Below, in pieces: positions 1 through 10,967 of a stretch of 64,000 bases of DNA. A program made the position numbers and the translations under genes. The DNA is taken from the NCBI GenBank assembly GCA_034780895.1, contig JAUZTB010000098.1:84592980-84656979 (forward strand), written 5' to 3'. The notes under the pieces were generated by a model. It ran no database searches, had not been told where the DNA came from, and saw only the letters and a program-made list of their open reading frames with translations. Positions within the stretch are counted from its first letter, which is position 1. Each line of letters opens with the position of its first letter. This DNA is from Rhynchobatus australiae (taxonomy: Eukaryota).

Positions 1-839
1 AACTTGACACTGATTGGTTGCCAATAATTCTTTATAGAGATCAACCAAATTTTAATGTTTAGGCAATAATCTTATAAAGATGTTTTCAGAATATTATGAT
101 TTCTTGCTTTGGATGGACATTGCAACTCTTGGGTTGTTGTTTGTCCTTCTATCTTTCCTATTGTCCAGTAGCCTGTACCCAAATTCAAGTGCAACACTGG
201 ATTACTCTATTTTCTGCTTCTCATGCAAACCCTCTCTTATTGAGATTTGGTATTCGGATTCCTTGACCCCCGTTATCAGAACAGCTCAGGGTCTGTGTGT
301 ACTCAAGCCCCCTTTATCTTGACATGTTCAAGGTCCGCACATTCTCTAGGTCTCTTTTATCTTGGCTTCAAAATGCGTGAAGCCTACAGAATAAGTAGCT
401 TTCGGCATCACCTCACTCAGCCTCGCCTTCTGCCGAGGGTAGGTTATAACTTGACCATTTCCTATTTTAGTGTACCACTCCATAATTCCTATTCTGTTAC
501 ACGTTAAGAGGCCTATCTTGAGCATGTCATTTGAGTGTTTTTATAATTATAACCATTTAATCTAAATATGTTTAAAATGTTGTAAAGGCCTGATTTTATA
601 GGTAGGATGTAAGGTGGAGAAGGGAGGAGATTTTTAATCCCTTCCAATTTTCTATTTGTCTGGGTCTGTTTATAGAATGGGCAGCTTCTAAAGATGCTTA
701 GTGTAATTTAAAGAAGTATTTTTCATTTTCATTATTCCAGTGATAAAGACATTGTTGACTGACTTACTATGCATATTGAAATATGTGCGGTTATATTGTG
801 TCCTGCAGAAACCAAACAGAGAGAATTACAAAGCTGAAC

Positions 840-1175
840 TGAAATTCATTAGATTGATTCTTAGGATGAGGGGTTTGCTCTGTGATAGAAATCAAGGCCT
901 ATGCTTGGTGGAGTTTAGAAGAATGAGAAATAAACAAATTGAGAGAGACAAGATTTTACAGGATTAACAGGATAGATGTCAAGAGGCTATGTTGTTAGGC
1001 TGGATGGCTCCAGCAAAGGGGCAGAGTCTCAGGAAAAGTGGTTATTTAGGACCATTTGGGTTTGAGTTCAGAACATTCTTTATGAATAGAATTGCAAATC
1101 TTATTTGCAAAGCTCAAAAAAGCTCATTACCTCTGGTTGTTTATGGTCAGTTGCTGAGTATATTCAGAGACTGAA
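840..1175 (+). mobile_element. Decayed CR1/HER1-like LINE fragment (3' part of ORF2)
   Basis: Typical CR1 text such as ggagtttagaagaatgag...aagattttacagga...gatagatgt. Heavily mutated. Confidence 0.5.
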
Positions 1176-1977
1176 ATTTCTAGTTATTATTTTTGATTCA
1201 CCTTGGTGTTTTCTAGTTATTATTGTTTGATAAAATGGGTTACTTTTTCAATATTAAGAAAGGTATAGGTAAATACATCAACTTGTAACTTCTATAATAA
1301 ATTGCAACTAAATTGTTAATGACAATGACTTTACATATACACTGAAAGTCACCTCATTGTTCCACTTGCATTTTTACTATTCTGGGGATTTCCTCCCACG
1401 AGTTGCCTAGTCATGTCACTGACTAGTATATTCTATTACGTATCCACTTACAAATGCATTTGGATATTAGTCTTTGCACATTATCTGCACTTTGAAAGTA
1501 CATTCTTAAAGAAAAATGTACAGTTGACATTGTAAAATATATAACACACTATTTTGTTTCTATACACAAAAATATTTGTGTAGGTCCAGTGGGTGGCACT
1601 TTTTTTTGGTAATTATTAGTTAAAATCAAAAGAAATCTCACATCCTATGTACATTGAAGACTAAGTATATCAAGAGGAAAATAGACTAAGATTTGGATCA
1701 ATTATGACCACATTGAATGGTATAGTGCACTCAAAGGGCTGTATGGTCTATACCCCTAGTTCCGTTTCCTTTGTCCTTGTATTTTCTTATTTTGTGTATC
1801 CTTTAGTTGTGTATCCTAAGCACACACTTGCAAAGTATGATTCGCATTGTATCAGCTGTGTGTTACACCTTCAAAATCCAAATTGTTTGGATACTTTTAT
1901 TACCTACCCAGAGTGAAATGTGCCAGTCTTTGCTCAGTGGGCAGTGCTCTAACCTCTAAGTCAATGGGTCCTGGATT

Positions 1978-2318
1978 TGGTACAGTAGTTAGTAGTTAAG
2001 TTAGGAGTCTGGACTAATGATCCAGAGTTCAAATCTCACTTCAGCAGTTGTGGAATTTAAATTCAGTTAATTGAAAAAATCTGGAAGAAAATGCTTATGT
2101 CAGTAATGTTGTTCATGAAACCACCAGATTATCATAAAAAAAACAGACTGGTTCACAAGCATTCTTTAGGGATAGAAATCTGTCATTCCTACCTGTCCTG
2201 CTCCATATGTGACTCTAGACTCACAGCAATGTGGTTGACCTAACTGCTTTGTGAAATAGCTGGTTAGCAATAAATGTCAGCCTTGCCTTCAATCCCTATA
2301 TCCTGTGAATGAATAAAT
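1978..2318 (+). mobile_element. tRNA-derived elasmobranch SINE with LINE-type 3' tail
   Basis: B-box-like gagttcaaatc near 2025, body ...ctggttcac...tttagggatagaaatctgtc..., tail gcaataaatgtcagccttgcc...gaatgaataaa. Related copies at 18868-19115 (-) and 39592-39812 (+). Confidence 0.6.
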
Positions 2319-2467
2319 GGATTCAAGTTCCACCCCAGTAATTTGATCACAAAATTCAGGCAATAGGATGACACCCAGCTTAGAGTAACCAGGAGACATA
2401 ACTGATTCATGCAGTAATTTTGAAGATAATCACTAGCCAATTCATTCATCAACCAACGTAGTTAGAA

Positions 2468-2690
2468 TTAAAAACAAGAAATACTGGAAATACTCAGCAG
2501 GTCAAGAACCATCTGTGGATAGAGAAACCGAGTTAATGTTTAGACTGATAATCTTTTATCAGCACCCTGATGAAGAATCATTGATCTGAAACATTAATTA
2601 TGTTTCTCTTTCCACAGATTCTGCCTGACCTCCTGAACAGTTCCAACATTTTTGCTTTTATTTCAGATTTTAACATCTGCAATTTTTTTC
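2468..2690. mobile_element. Palindromic Penelope-derived short element
   Basis: Left arm aaatactggaaatactcagcaggtca...atctgtggatagagaaac is the imperfect reverse complement of right arm gtttctctttccacagattctgcctgacctcctgaacagttccaacattt. The arms match the termini of the GIY-YIG-bearing copy at 21435-21905. Confidence 0.65.
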
Positions 2691-3005
2691 GGAGGGTGTT
2701 TGATAATTATAAGTAAAATGGAGAGTTGCAATCTGAAAGGATTTTGTTTTGATTTAGCATCTGGGAAACAAGGGTGACCTGTTAATAAAACATGGGCATC
2801 AATTCTTTCCCTTGGTCATTTCCTGAGTGATATGACACAAGCCTGTTCTCTATGGATTTTCTGGGGGCTATACCTGGCTATATCTGAGGAGGCCTCTCAG
2901 TATAGATAATAAAGAAATTTCAAATGGTTTTCTATGTAGGATTCCAATAATGGAGCTGGACAGGTCAGTGTTCCTGCTTCCCATTTTCCAATGTCAGGGA
3001 CACTT

Positions 3006-3135
3006 TGAGTCATGGTCATTCAGCACAGAAACAGGCCCTTTGTCCCATGATGGCCGTACCAACTATCAAGTACCTTCCCATTTATGCTAATCCCATTTAC
3101 CAGCATGTGGTCTGTTGCATTTTATGCCTTGGAAC
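3006..3135 (-). mobile_element. CR1/HER1-like 3' tail fragment
   Basis: gtcattcagcacagaaacaggccctt...ctaatcccatttaccagc is the reverse complement of the CR1 3' UTR seen at 10560-10650. Confidence 0.55.
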
Positions 3136-3278
3136 TGAATGTTGTCAAACACTAAATGGCTTATTAGTAAATGTTGGAGATCCAGCATTATTTAGAATAT
3201 CCTGCTATGTTATAGCAATATGCTGTGTGAGTGGATGGGAAGTGTCATGTATTATTGAAGCATGGCGATATTTGTGAA

Positions 3279-3592
3279 GGATGGCACAGTGGCACTGCTA
3301 GTAGTGTTGCTTGTGTTTAATCCTGACCTTGTGCTGTCTATGTAAAGTTTGTAAACACTCCCTGTGACCGCGTAACGATTCATCTTGGTGCTCTGTTTAC
3401 TCTCACATCACAAAGACGTATGGATTGGTGGGTTAATTGGCCACTGTAAATTGCCCATAGTGTGTAGGTGACTTGTAGAAGCTGGGGAAGTTTGATGAGA
3501 ATGTGGAGAGAATAAAAAAAAGGGATTGATGTAGGATGAGTGCAAATAGATGCTTGATGGTCAATGCTGACTCAGTGGGCCTGTTCCTGTTC
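3279..3592 (+). mobile_element. HE1-type V-SINE
   Basis: tRNA-like head ggcacagtggc, V-domain gctgtctatgtaaagtttgt...ggtgctctgtttactctcacatcacaaagacgta...ttaattggccactgtaaattgccc, CR1-like tail gggcctgttcctg. Confidence 0.7.
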
Positions 3593-4019
3593 ATATCCTC
3601 AACTAATCGGTGGTTCAGAACAATCCATTTCAAATCTATTGTAGGAGTATGTCCTGAGAAGTGGGAAGAAAGACATCAAATCAAGATGTTTAAAATAATG
3701 AAGAAATTTGGAATGTTAAATTCAGAACAAGTACGCCCACGAGTGGAATATGAGCTTAAAACCAGAAGCAAGTGGAAATCAGGAACTTGCTTCCCCAAAA
3801 AGGTCTGGATGCTGAGGGACATGCTACTTTGATGCATTGATTTTTGTTGGGCAAGCTTGTCAAGGGAACATGGAGCAAAAGCAGTTTAATGCACATGAGA
3901 TTGTGATCAGCCCTTGACCTAACAGACAGACATAGGCCTTCTCTTGTTCCTCCACACCAGCTTTACTTCCTGATACCTCTTGAGTCTCCTCATTGGGGGT
4001 TGAGTAGTTTAAATGTGAT

Positions 4020-4315
4020 GATAAAGTGAGGCTCTGTTTGCTCATCCAGGTGGAGGGGAAAGATGCTGTGCTAGCCGATTGAAGAAGAGCAGGAATGTTC
4101 CTTCCAACATCCTAAACATCATTTACCTATCAAGCAACACCATTAAATTGATAACCTGGCTATCATCTTGTTTGTGGTTCCCTGGTGTGTGGACATTGCC
4201 TGCTGCATTTCCGACATAACTGCAGTGACTACACTTCAAAAATACTGCGTTGGTAGTGAAGTGCTTTGGCAATCCCGAGTTTTGAAAGGTGCTCCATGAG
4301 TGCAAGTCTTTTTTA
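4020..4315 (+). mobile_element. DeuSINE (SacSINE1-like), 5'-truncated
   Basis: caggtgga...gaagaagagcagga...cagtgactacacttcaaaa...gtgctttggc...gaaaggtgct...tgcaagtcttt. Confidence 0.6.
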
Positions 4316-4582
4316 TAACTGATGTGTTGGAGGCCAGTTTTGCTCTGTAATTAACCAGATAACAAAATTGCTCAAATCCAAGTCATACCCTCCCCAATTT
4401 CATTGGTTGGTCTTTGGTTTTGAAGGGAAGCAGGCATTCTCCCTTTGGAAGACAGTTGTTTTTGCAGCTGCACGGGCTTCTTGCATGGAGTCATGAATAC
4501 TGCAGAAGCAACACTAGTTACAAGGTAGTAATAAACTTGCCTTTAGTTCTTTATACTTCAGTTTATTCAATTTTCAGTAAAT

Positions 4583-5085
4583 AGGTGTTGGAAGCAAAGC
4601 CAACATTTATCGCCTACCCTAGTTGCTCCAGAGAAGATGCTGGTGGGCTGCTTTCCTGAACCGCTACAGTCATTGAGTTGAAGGCACTTCCATAATGAAG
4701 TGACAAAGGACCAGCAATATGTTTCCAAATTAGGATGATGTGCGACTTGGAAGGGAATCTACAGGTGATAGTGTCCCCCGTGCTCCTGTTGCCCTTGACC
4801 TAATTTGTGGCAGAAGTCACAAATTTGGGAGGTGCTCTCAGAGCATCTGAAATGAGTAACCGCAATGCATTTTGTAGCCAGCACACACTGAAGTCACTGG
4901 GCACTTATCAGCCCATGCCTGAATGTCGCCTAGGTCTTGCTGCGCGCAGTCACAGACAGCTTCATTTGCTGAGGAGTTGTGAATGAACTTCAAAATGGTG
5001 CATTCATTGGTGAACGTTCTCAGTTCTAATATTATGACAGAAGGAAGGTCAGTGATGAAGCAGTTGAAGATGATTGGGTCTGCAG
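4583..5085 (-). mobile_element. Non-LTR retrotransposon (CR1/L2 group) 3' fragment
   Basis: Reverse complement of the tail gggcaataaatgctggc.... Same family as 53405-53930 (+) and 12560-12680 (-). Confidence 0.55.
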
Positions 5086-6074
5086 GTCCAGCATTGTTCA
5101 GTACTGTTTTGCTTTACCACTAATTTAAGAGCAATTTACCACTAATTCATGGGCAATTTGATGGAGACCTCATTATGTGACTTTGAATGGTAACTATTGG
5201 GCCATATTGCTAACAGTTTCCCATCTCAACTTCAAGCTTAAAAATGCTTCACATTAATTCTAGTACCTCTTTTCTTTTCTACAACTGATTATTTAAACAG
5301 TNNNNNNNNNNNNNNNNNNNNNNNNNNNNNNNNNNNNNNNNNNNNNNNNNNNNNNNNNNNNNNNNNNNNNNNNNNNNNNNNNNNNNNNNNNNNNNNNNNN
5401 NCTGATTATTTAAACAGTGATAGTTAGGAGGAAGCATTTACACTGCAAAATACTTATAAAGCACCTTTTCACAATTTTCAAAATGCCTTCAATCCAAAGG
5501 CAAGATAGACATGAGGTGCTGTCTCACATCACTGAGGAAATTGGCTGATACACTTGCATTTAATGGGGAATTAGCTGCTTACATGATTACGCCACTAGGG
5601 AAAATGGCCAGTTTAGAATATGGATTCGATACTCTGAAATTTTGCTCAGTAGACAAAAGGTGCGAAATGAATTGAACTCCCAGCCTAGAGGACCCTCCTG
5701 CTCAGGAGCACGGAGAGTCACAATTTTCATTGCATTTACTCGGCTAATATCCATTGCACTTCAAAGATTGAGGTTGATCTAATTAAGGTGTTTTAAAATA
5801 ACTCTAGGCTTTGATGGGTGGAACTTTGTATGGTCTATTTTTTTTTCAATATAATGCATGTGAAAATTGGACATTTTTGGAGTAGAGTGCAATTGTGGTG
5901 ATTTCTAGGTCAAGTTACACCACAACAATAAGTTCAACAAGCCTCTGCAGGGTTGCCTTTCAAACATATGCAAGTGACATAATTTTCAGACAGGATTCTA
6001 GAGCATGAGCTGGGAAATTATGTCAAAGTCTGTCATCAGGCACTCTCAGAACAACCACATTTCAATAGCACTGC

Positions 6075-6389
6075 ATAAGCTGGAATCCAGATGAAAAACA
6101 CTATGACGCTGGAGGAATTNNNNNCATAAGCTGGAATCTAGATGAAAAACACTATGACGCTGGAGGAATTCAGCAGGAGAGGCAGCATCTGTGGAGAAAA
6201 GCAGGACTGAAGATAGGAAAAGGGGAAGCCCAAAGGGGAAACCTGCTCTGCTTTTCCTTCCTATATATCAGGCTTCCCCTTTTCCTATCTTCAGTCCTGA
6301 GGAAGGGTCCTGACCCAAAACGTTAACCGCCTGCTTTTCTCCACAGATGCTGCCTGTCCTGCTGAGTTGCTCCAGCATCAGAGCATTTT
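6075..6389. mobile_element. Penelope-type fold-back (inverted terminal repeat) insertion with TSD
   Basis: gatgaaaaacactatgacgctggaggaattcagcagg...ggcagcatctgtggagaaaagcagg...ctgaagataggaaaaggggaagcc mirrored by ggcttccccttttcctatcttcagtcc...cctgcttttctccacagatgctgcc...ctccagcatc. Flanking direct repeat aatagcactgc at 6064-6074 and 6396-6406. Confidence 0.75.
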
Positions 6390-7365
6390 CATTTTAATAG
6401 CACTGCTCCCTGTGCAGGTTGCAGCCTGAGGCAGGGACAAAACCCACATCGTTTCCCTTACCTACCTCCTTTCCTTCATATGACTGCCCAAAGGATCTTC
6501 CCACCCAAACTAATCAGACTTAGCTACTAACCCCTGATTCTCCCCTCACGCTGGCTGTGATCCATGTCTCACTAACTGATGCCTTCTTCTGACCATGATT
6601 TCCCAGTTGCTTCTGCCTCTTTCCTCAATTCCTTCAAATCCTTGATAGGACCTCAGACCCAATCTCTCCTGTTGCTCCTTGACTCTAGTGCCAGTTCCCC
6701 AATCTGACCCAAGACTGGCCATCTCCCTACCAAGATTTCAGTCCTGCCAACTGACCTCCAACTGAGGCCGGAAATTATCCTCCCTCACTTTTATCCCCAG
6801 GACTTGAGTTACCTGGTGCATTCCATTGCATGTTCTGTAGTGGGTCAACAGATGAAGGCAAACTTGTAAGCATTTCAGGTACAACATTGCTGAGGTAAGC
6901 CCACAACCAGAACTGTTTTCCATGCACCTCACTTTGACCCTTGGGTCTACTTTCCCAAGAACAGCCAAACATCTAGGCCAGGGAAACAAATTCCTCTGGT
7001 GGGAGAATTCTGAAGAGTGAGGCACTATCTTAAATCTAGTGTCAGCTCTGTCACAATGTTGAGCAAACTCAGAGAACCCAAGTGCAGTACACTGATACAA
7101 GACTGGAGTCAGGATACTTCCTCAGGACAAACACAGGCAGTAACTGGAAGGAATCTTGCNNNNNNNNNNNNNNNNNNNNNNNNNNNNNNNNNNNNNNNNN
7201 NNNNNNNNNNNNNNNNNNNNNNNNNNNNNNNNNNNNNNNNNNNNNNNNNNNNNNNNNNNGTTTACCACGCTAGAAAGTCTTCCCTTCACCCTTTAATTCC
7301 TTTGCCAATTATTTTGTCCGTTCCCAGTGATCACACTAAAGAGTGCCATCATTGCATAAGTTATT

Positions 7366-7525
7366 TGATATTGGTATTGGTTTATTATTGTCACTTGTAC
7401 CAAGGTACAGTGAAAAAAAACTTGCCTTGCATAATGATCGTACAGGTCAATTCATTACACGGTGCAGTTATATTGAGTTAGTACAGAGAGCATTGAAGTA
7501 GTACAGAGTGCATTGAGATAGTATT
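7366..7525 (-). mobile_element. Non-LTR (Rex1/Babar-like) 3' tail
   Basis: tattggtattggtttattattgtcacttgtaccaaggtacagtgaaaaa: short tandem terminal repeats plus reverse AATAAA, similar to the tail at 33040-33098. Confidence 0.5.
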
Positions 7526-8607
7526 CCAGTTGACCCTTGCAGGAGGAGTGGGTGCCTGCCTTTCTCGGCCAGTGTGATCCAGGTCAAATCTGGTGAATAC
7601 GATCGCCAGTTAAGTTCTGACCCAGGTAAACTGGGCTCGTGCTGCTGGAGGCAATGCGGAACAAGGAGGCCATCAGATCAGAGCCAAGCCATTGGGAGTG
7701 ATGTCAGGAAGCACTTCTTCACCCAGGACGTGGTGGCAGCCTGCAGCTCCCCAGGGGTATTAAGGGTTCCAGAACCAAGAGGGGTAGACAAAGTGCAGAT
7801 CAACCATCATCTGAGTTAATGCTGGACAGGCTCATGGCACTGATCAGCATATATCTGTTCCAGTGTTCTCTTTCTTTATCAGCTTTGTTGAATACGATCC
7901 TAGCTACTCAGAAATGTGAGCATCAGTAAGAAAGGACCTGATATTTGATCTTGCACACTGCAGTTGCAAAAATGACAAATGGGTGTAACTCAAGGAAATC
8001 AGACAATAGGCTGCAGGCTCAATGTGTCAATATATGTCATTTAGCATACAATGTCCAACACCACCCTGAACATATGTTCAGTGTCAATATTTTGAGCAAC
8101 ACAATAGAATGCCATTTTTCTGGACTTCAGGTCTAGGTACAATCACAACCCTGCAGTGGGAATATCTTGGGTCTTGGAGAATGTATAAAGCATTGAAAAG
8201 GCTCTAAGAAAATGAAGAACAATTGGCTTGGATAGACTGGGTCAAAGGTATCAAGATTCTAGATCCCTCAGACAAACAGAACTCCAGTAACTTATGGAAA
8301 CATTCACATACTCTGCAGGACTCAGAAGAAAAGCCTTGATTTTAGTATCACTCAGAGGACGGTGAATGCAGGATGATGATGGAACTAGACCATATCGGAT
8401 TGTTCAGGTGTATACAATGTATTTTTTGTTGGTGTGTGAAGAAATTACATACTGGGGTATGAGTGCAAATATTTCCAGTGGACTACAGTGATCCAGTACA
8501 TTTTTATTCTTTTTGCTAATTGTGCACACTTAGAATTTGTTATGGGTAATGGACTCCTACCTCTTCTACAAGGCTGACTTCCATTGCCCCAGCATTGCTC
8601 CCTTTGT

Positions 8608-8828
8608 CTGGCCGCTGTCTGTAAGGAGTTTGTACATTCCGTGTCTGCGTAGGTTTCCTCCAGGTGCTCCAGTTTCCTCTCACATTCCAAAGATGTACTG
8701 ATTAGGAAGTTGTGGGCATACTATGTTGGCACCGGAAGCACGGCGACACCTGTGGGCTGCCCCCAGTACACTACGCAAGATATGCATTTTACTATGCATA
8801 TACATGTGACTAATAAAGATATCTTATA
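8608..8828 (+). mobile_element. V-SINE (5'-truncated) with non-CR1 tail
   Basis: Clear V-domain gctgtctgtaaggagtttgtacatt...gtttcctccaggtgctccagtttcctctcacattccaaagatgt, followed by a tail ending catgtgactaataaagatatcttat. Confidence 0.7.
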
Positions 8829-9204
8829 TTTGGCTTTTGTTGTCAAAATCCCAGAAATTTATTCTAAATTCCTCTACCTCTCTGGCTCTCTTTCAGCTTT
8901 CAAAACAATCCTTAGAAGCTGTCCCTCTGCACAAGCTTTTAATTACCTATGCAAAAATATCTTTGAGGTTTGGCTTGAAATTTTGTGTGTTCTCATCGTT
9001 CTTTATAACATAGAGGGAAGCTATTCAGCCCATTGAGATTATGCTGGCTCTCAGAGCAACCCCATTAATCCTATTCTCCCTGAAATCTATTCTCTCCCAC
9101 ATGTCCAACAACTCCCTTTTGACTCTACGACTATGGAACTACTGTAAAGGTAATTTACAGGTACCAATTAAATAACCAACAAGAGTTACACTCTTGCAAA
9201 GGAT

Positions 9205-9360
9205 CTTTGAAATACACATCAGTGGAAAGAGAAAGAAAGTTAACTTTTCAGGTCAGAGACCCTTCTTCAAAACTGAGAAAGAGAGTAAAGCAAGTAAGTT
9301 GCAGAGAAGGTGGGGAAGGACAAAGGGAACATCAATGATAGGTTGAGGCCAAATGAACTA
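9205..9360 (-). mobile_element. Penelope terminal-repeat fragment
   Basis: catcagtggaaagagaaa...gttaacttttcaggtcagagacccttcttcaaaactg...gataggt, similar to 31956-32114. Confidence 0.5.
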
Positions 9361-9467
9361 GATTAAAGGGGGTAGTTACAGGGTGATTTTGCTATGTGTT
9401 GGTAATAGCAGGACTGTGGACAAGCCCAGCAGGATAAAGCTGAACTGATGGTGAGAGGAAAAACTGC

Positions 9468-10650
9468 TAGATGAGGGTAGGGCTGTGGATGTTGTCTATT
9501 TGAGCTTTAGCATGGCCTTCAACAAAGTTTTGTGTGGTAGGCTGTTCAGGAAGGTTAGGTCCCCTGGAATCCAGGGAGAGCTGGTTAGGTGGATTCAAAA
9601 TTGGCTTGGCGGTAGGAGGCAGAGGGTGGTGGTTGAAGGTAGTTTCTTGGAATGGAGGCCGGTGGCTAGTGGTGTGCCATGGGGGTCGCTGTTGGGACCC
9701 TTGTTATTTGTTATTTATGCAAATAATTTGGATGCAATTGATTTTGGATGCAAAGGCTTGATTTGCAGATGACATGAAATTAGGAGGAGTTATTGATAGT
9801 GAAGAAGGTTATCGTAGGTTACAGGGAAGTGGTCCAAGGAGTGGCAAATGGATTTCAAGACAGATAAGTGTGAGGCATTTTGGAAAGTCAAACCGGTGTA
9901 GGACTTGTACCATGAATTGCAGGGCACTAAGGAGTGTAACGGAACAGAGGGACATAAGAGTACGAGTGCATAGTTCATTGAAAGTGGCATTACATGGAGA
10001 CAGGGTGGTAAAAAAGGCAATTAGCACACAGACTTTCATCAGTCAGGGCACTGAGTATAGGAGTTGGGACATTATGTTGCAGTTGTATGAGATGTTGCTG
10101 AGGCTGCACTTGGAGTACTGTGTACCGTATTGGTCACCCTATTATAGGAAAGACATAGTTAAAATGGAAAGAATGAAGATAAGATTTACAAGGATGTTGC
10201 CAGGACTAGAGGGCCTGAGATAAAGGGAGAGATTGACATGCTAGGTTTTTATTCCTTGGAATGTAGGAGAATGAGGGGTGACGTTATAGAAATGTTTAAA
10301 ATTATGGCATAGATAAGGTGGACGGTAGCAGTCCCTTCTCCGGGGTAGGGGAGTACAAAACTAGGGGGCATAGATTTAGGGTGAGGGGAAAGATTTAAAA
10401 GTGACCTGAGGGGCAACGGTTTCACACAGAGGGTGGTGAGTATATGGAACAAGCTGCTGGAGGAAAGTGGTTGAGGCAGGTACAGTAGTATCATTAAAGA
10501 AGCACTTGGATAGGTACATGGAGGGGCGGGGCTTAGAGGGATATGGGCCAAATGCAAGAAATTGGAACTAGCTGGGTGGGTACTGTGGTTAGCATGGACT
10601 GGTTGGGCTGAAATGCCTGTGTCTGTGTTGTATTGCTCTATGACTCTGTA
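9468..10650 (+). mobile_element. CR1/HER1 LINE, 5'-truncated, frameshifted RT plus 3' UTR
   Basis: RT motifs DVVYLSFSMAFNKV, GVPWGSLLGPLLFVIY, tttgcagatgac (FADD), HLEYCVPYWSPYYRKD (ORFs 9485-9772 and 9774-10223). Ends in ctctatgactct. Confidence 0.9.
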
Positions 10651-10858
10651 AGTGGAGGATTTCCAATATTAGCTTTGCTAATATTGGGTGGTTATCATTT
10701 TTAACTTACTTTCTGTTTATTCTCATTTAAAAAATTGATCCTTTTCACAGCTTGTGGATGAGGAAAAGCATTTACAGTTGATGAAGCTTCATGGTTGTAA
10801 TGTAGGAAATATTGTTCTGCCTTGGTACAATTGTTCTTCAGTCCTACCACTCCACTCT

Positions 10859-10878
10859 CACACGCATGCGCATGTGTG

Positions 10879-10915
<37 letters not shown>
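10859..10915. repeat. (CA)n microsatellite within an uninterrupted alternating pyrimidine-purine tract
   Basis: cacacgcatgcgcatgtgtgcacg(ca)n, read directly from the sequence. Confidence 0.95.
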
Positions 10916-10917
<2 letters not shown>

Positions 10918-10967
10918 GCACGCTCGCCTCAGCTGGTAAACACACCTGATGTGCAAAGCTTTTGCAG

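Noticed and set aside
3279-3345. tRNA genes at SINE heads (also about 1980-2040, 49965-50010, 61965-62035)
   Set aside because: Only decayed A/B-box remnants. No cloverleaf can be built, and each continues into a SINE body.
3564-3576. MARE/AP-1-like tgctgactcag, and E-boxes CACGTG at 27586 and 58786
   Set aside because: Isolated short motifs expected by chance. The first lies within a SINE tail.
6074-6170. 46-bp direct repeat as a biological tandem duplication
   Set aside because: The two copies sit on either side of a 5-N gap, so an assembly or haplotype overlap is more likely.
6790-8420. Possible ancient L1/Tx1 ORF2 traces (LWWEN, GYFLR-like words) in unassigned sequence
   Set aside because: The motifs are too short and degenerate to call without a frameshift-aware homology search.
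9485-10223. ORFs 9485-9772 and 9774-10223 as host genes
   Set aside because: They are frameshifted CR1 reverse-transcriptase remnants.
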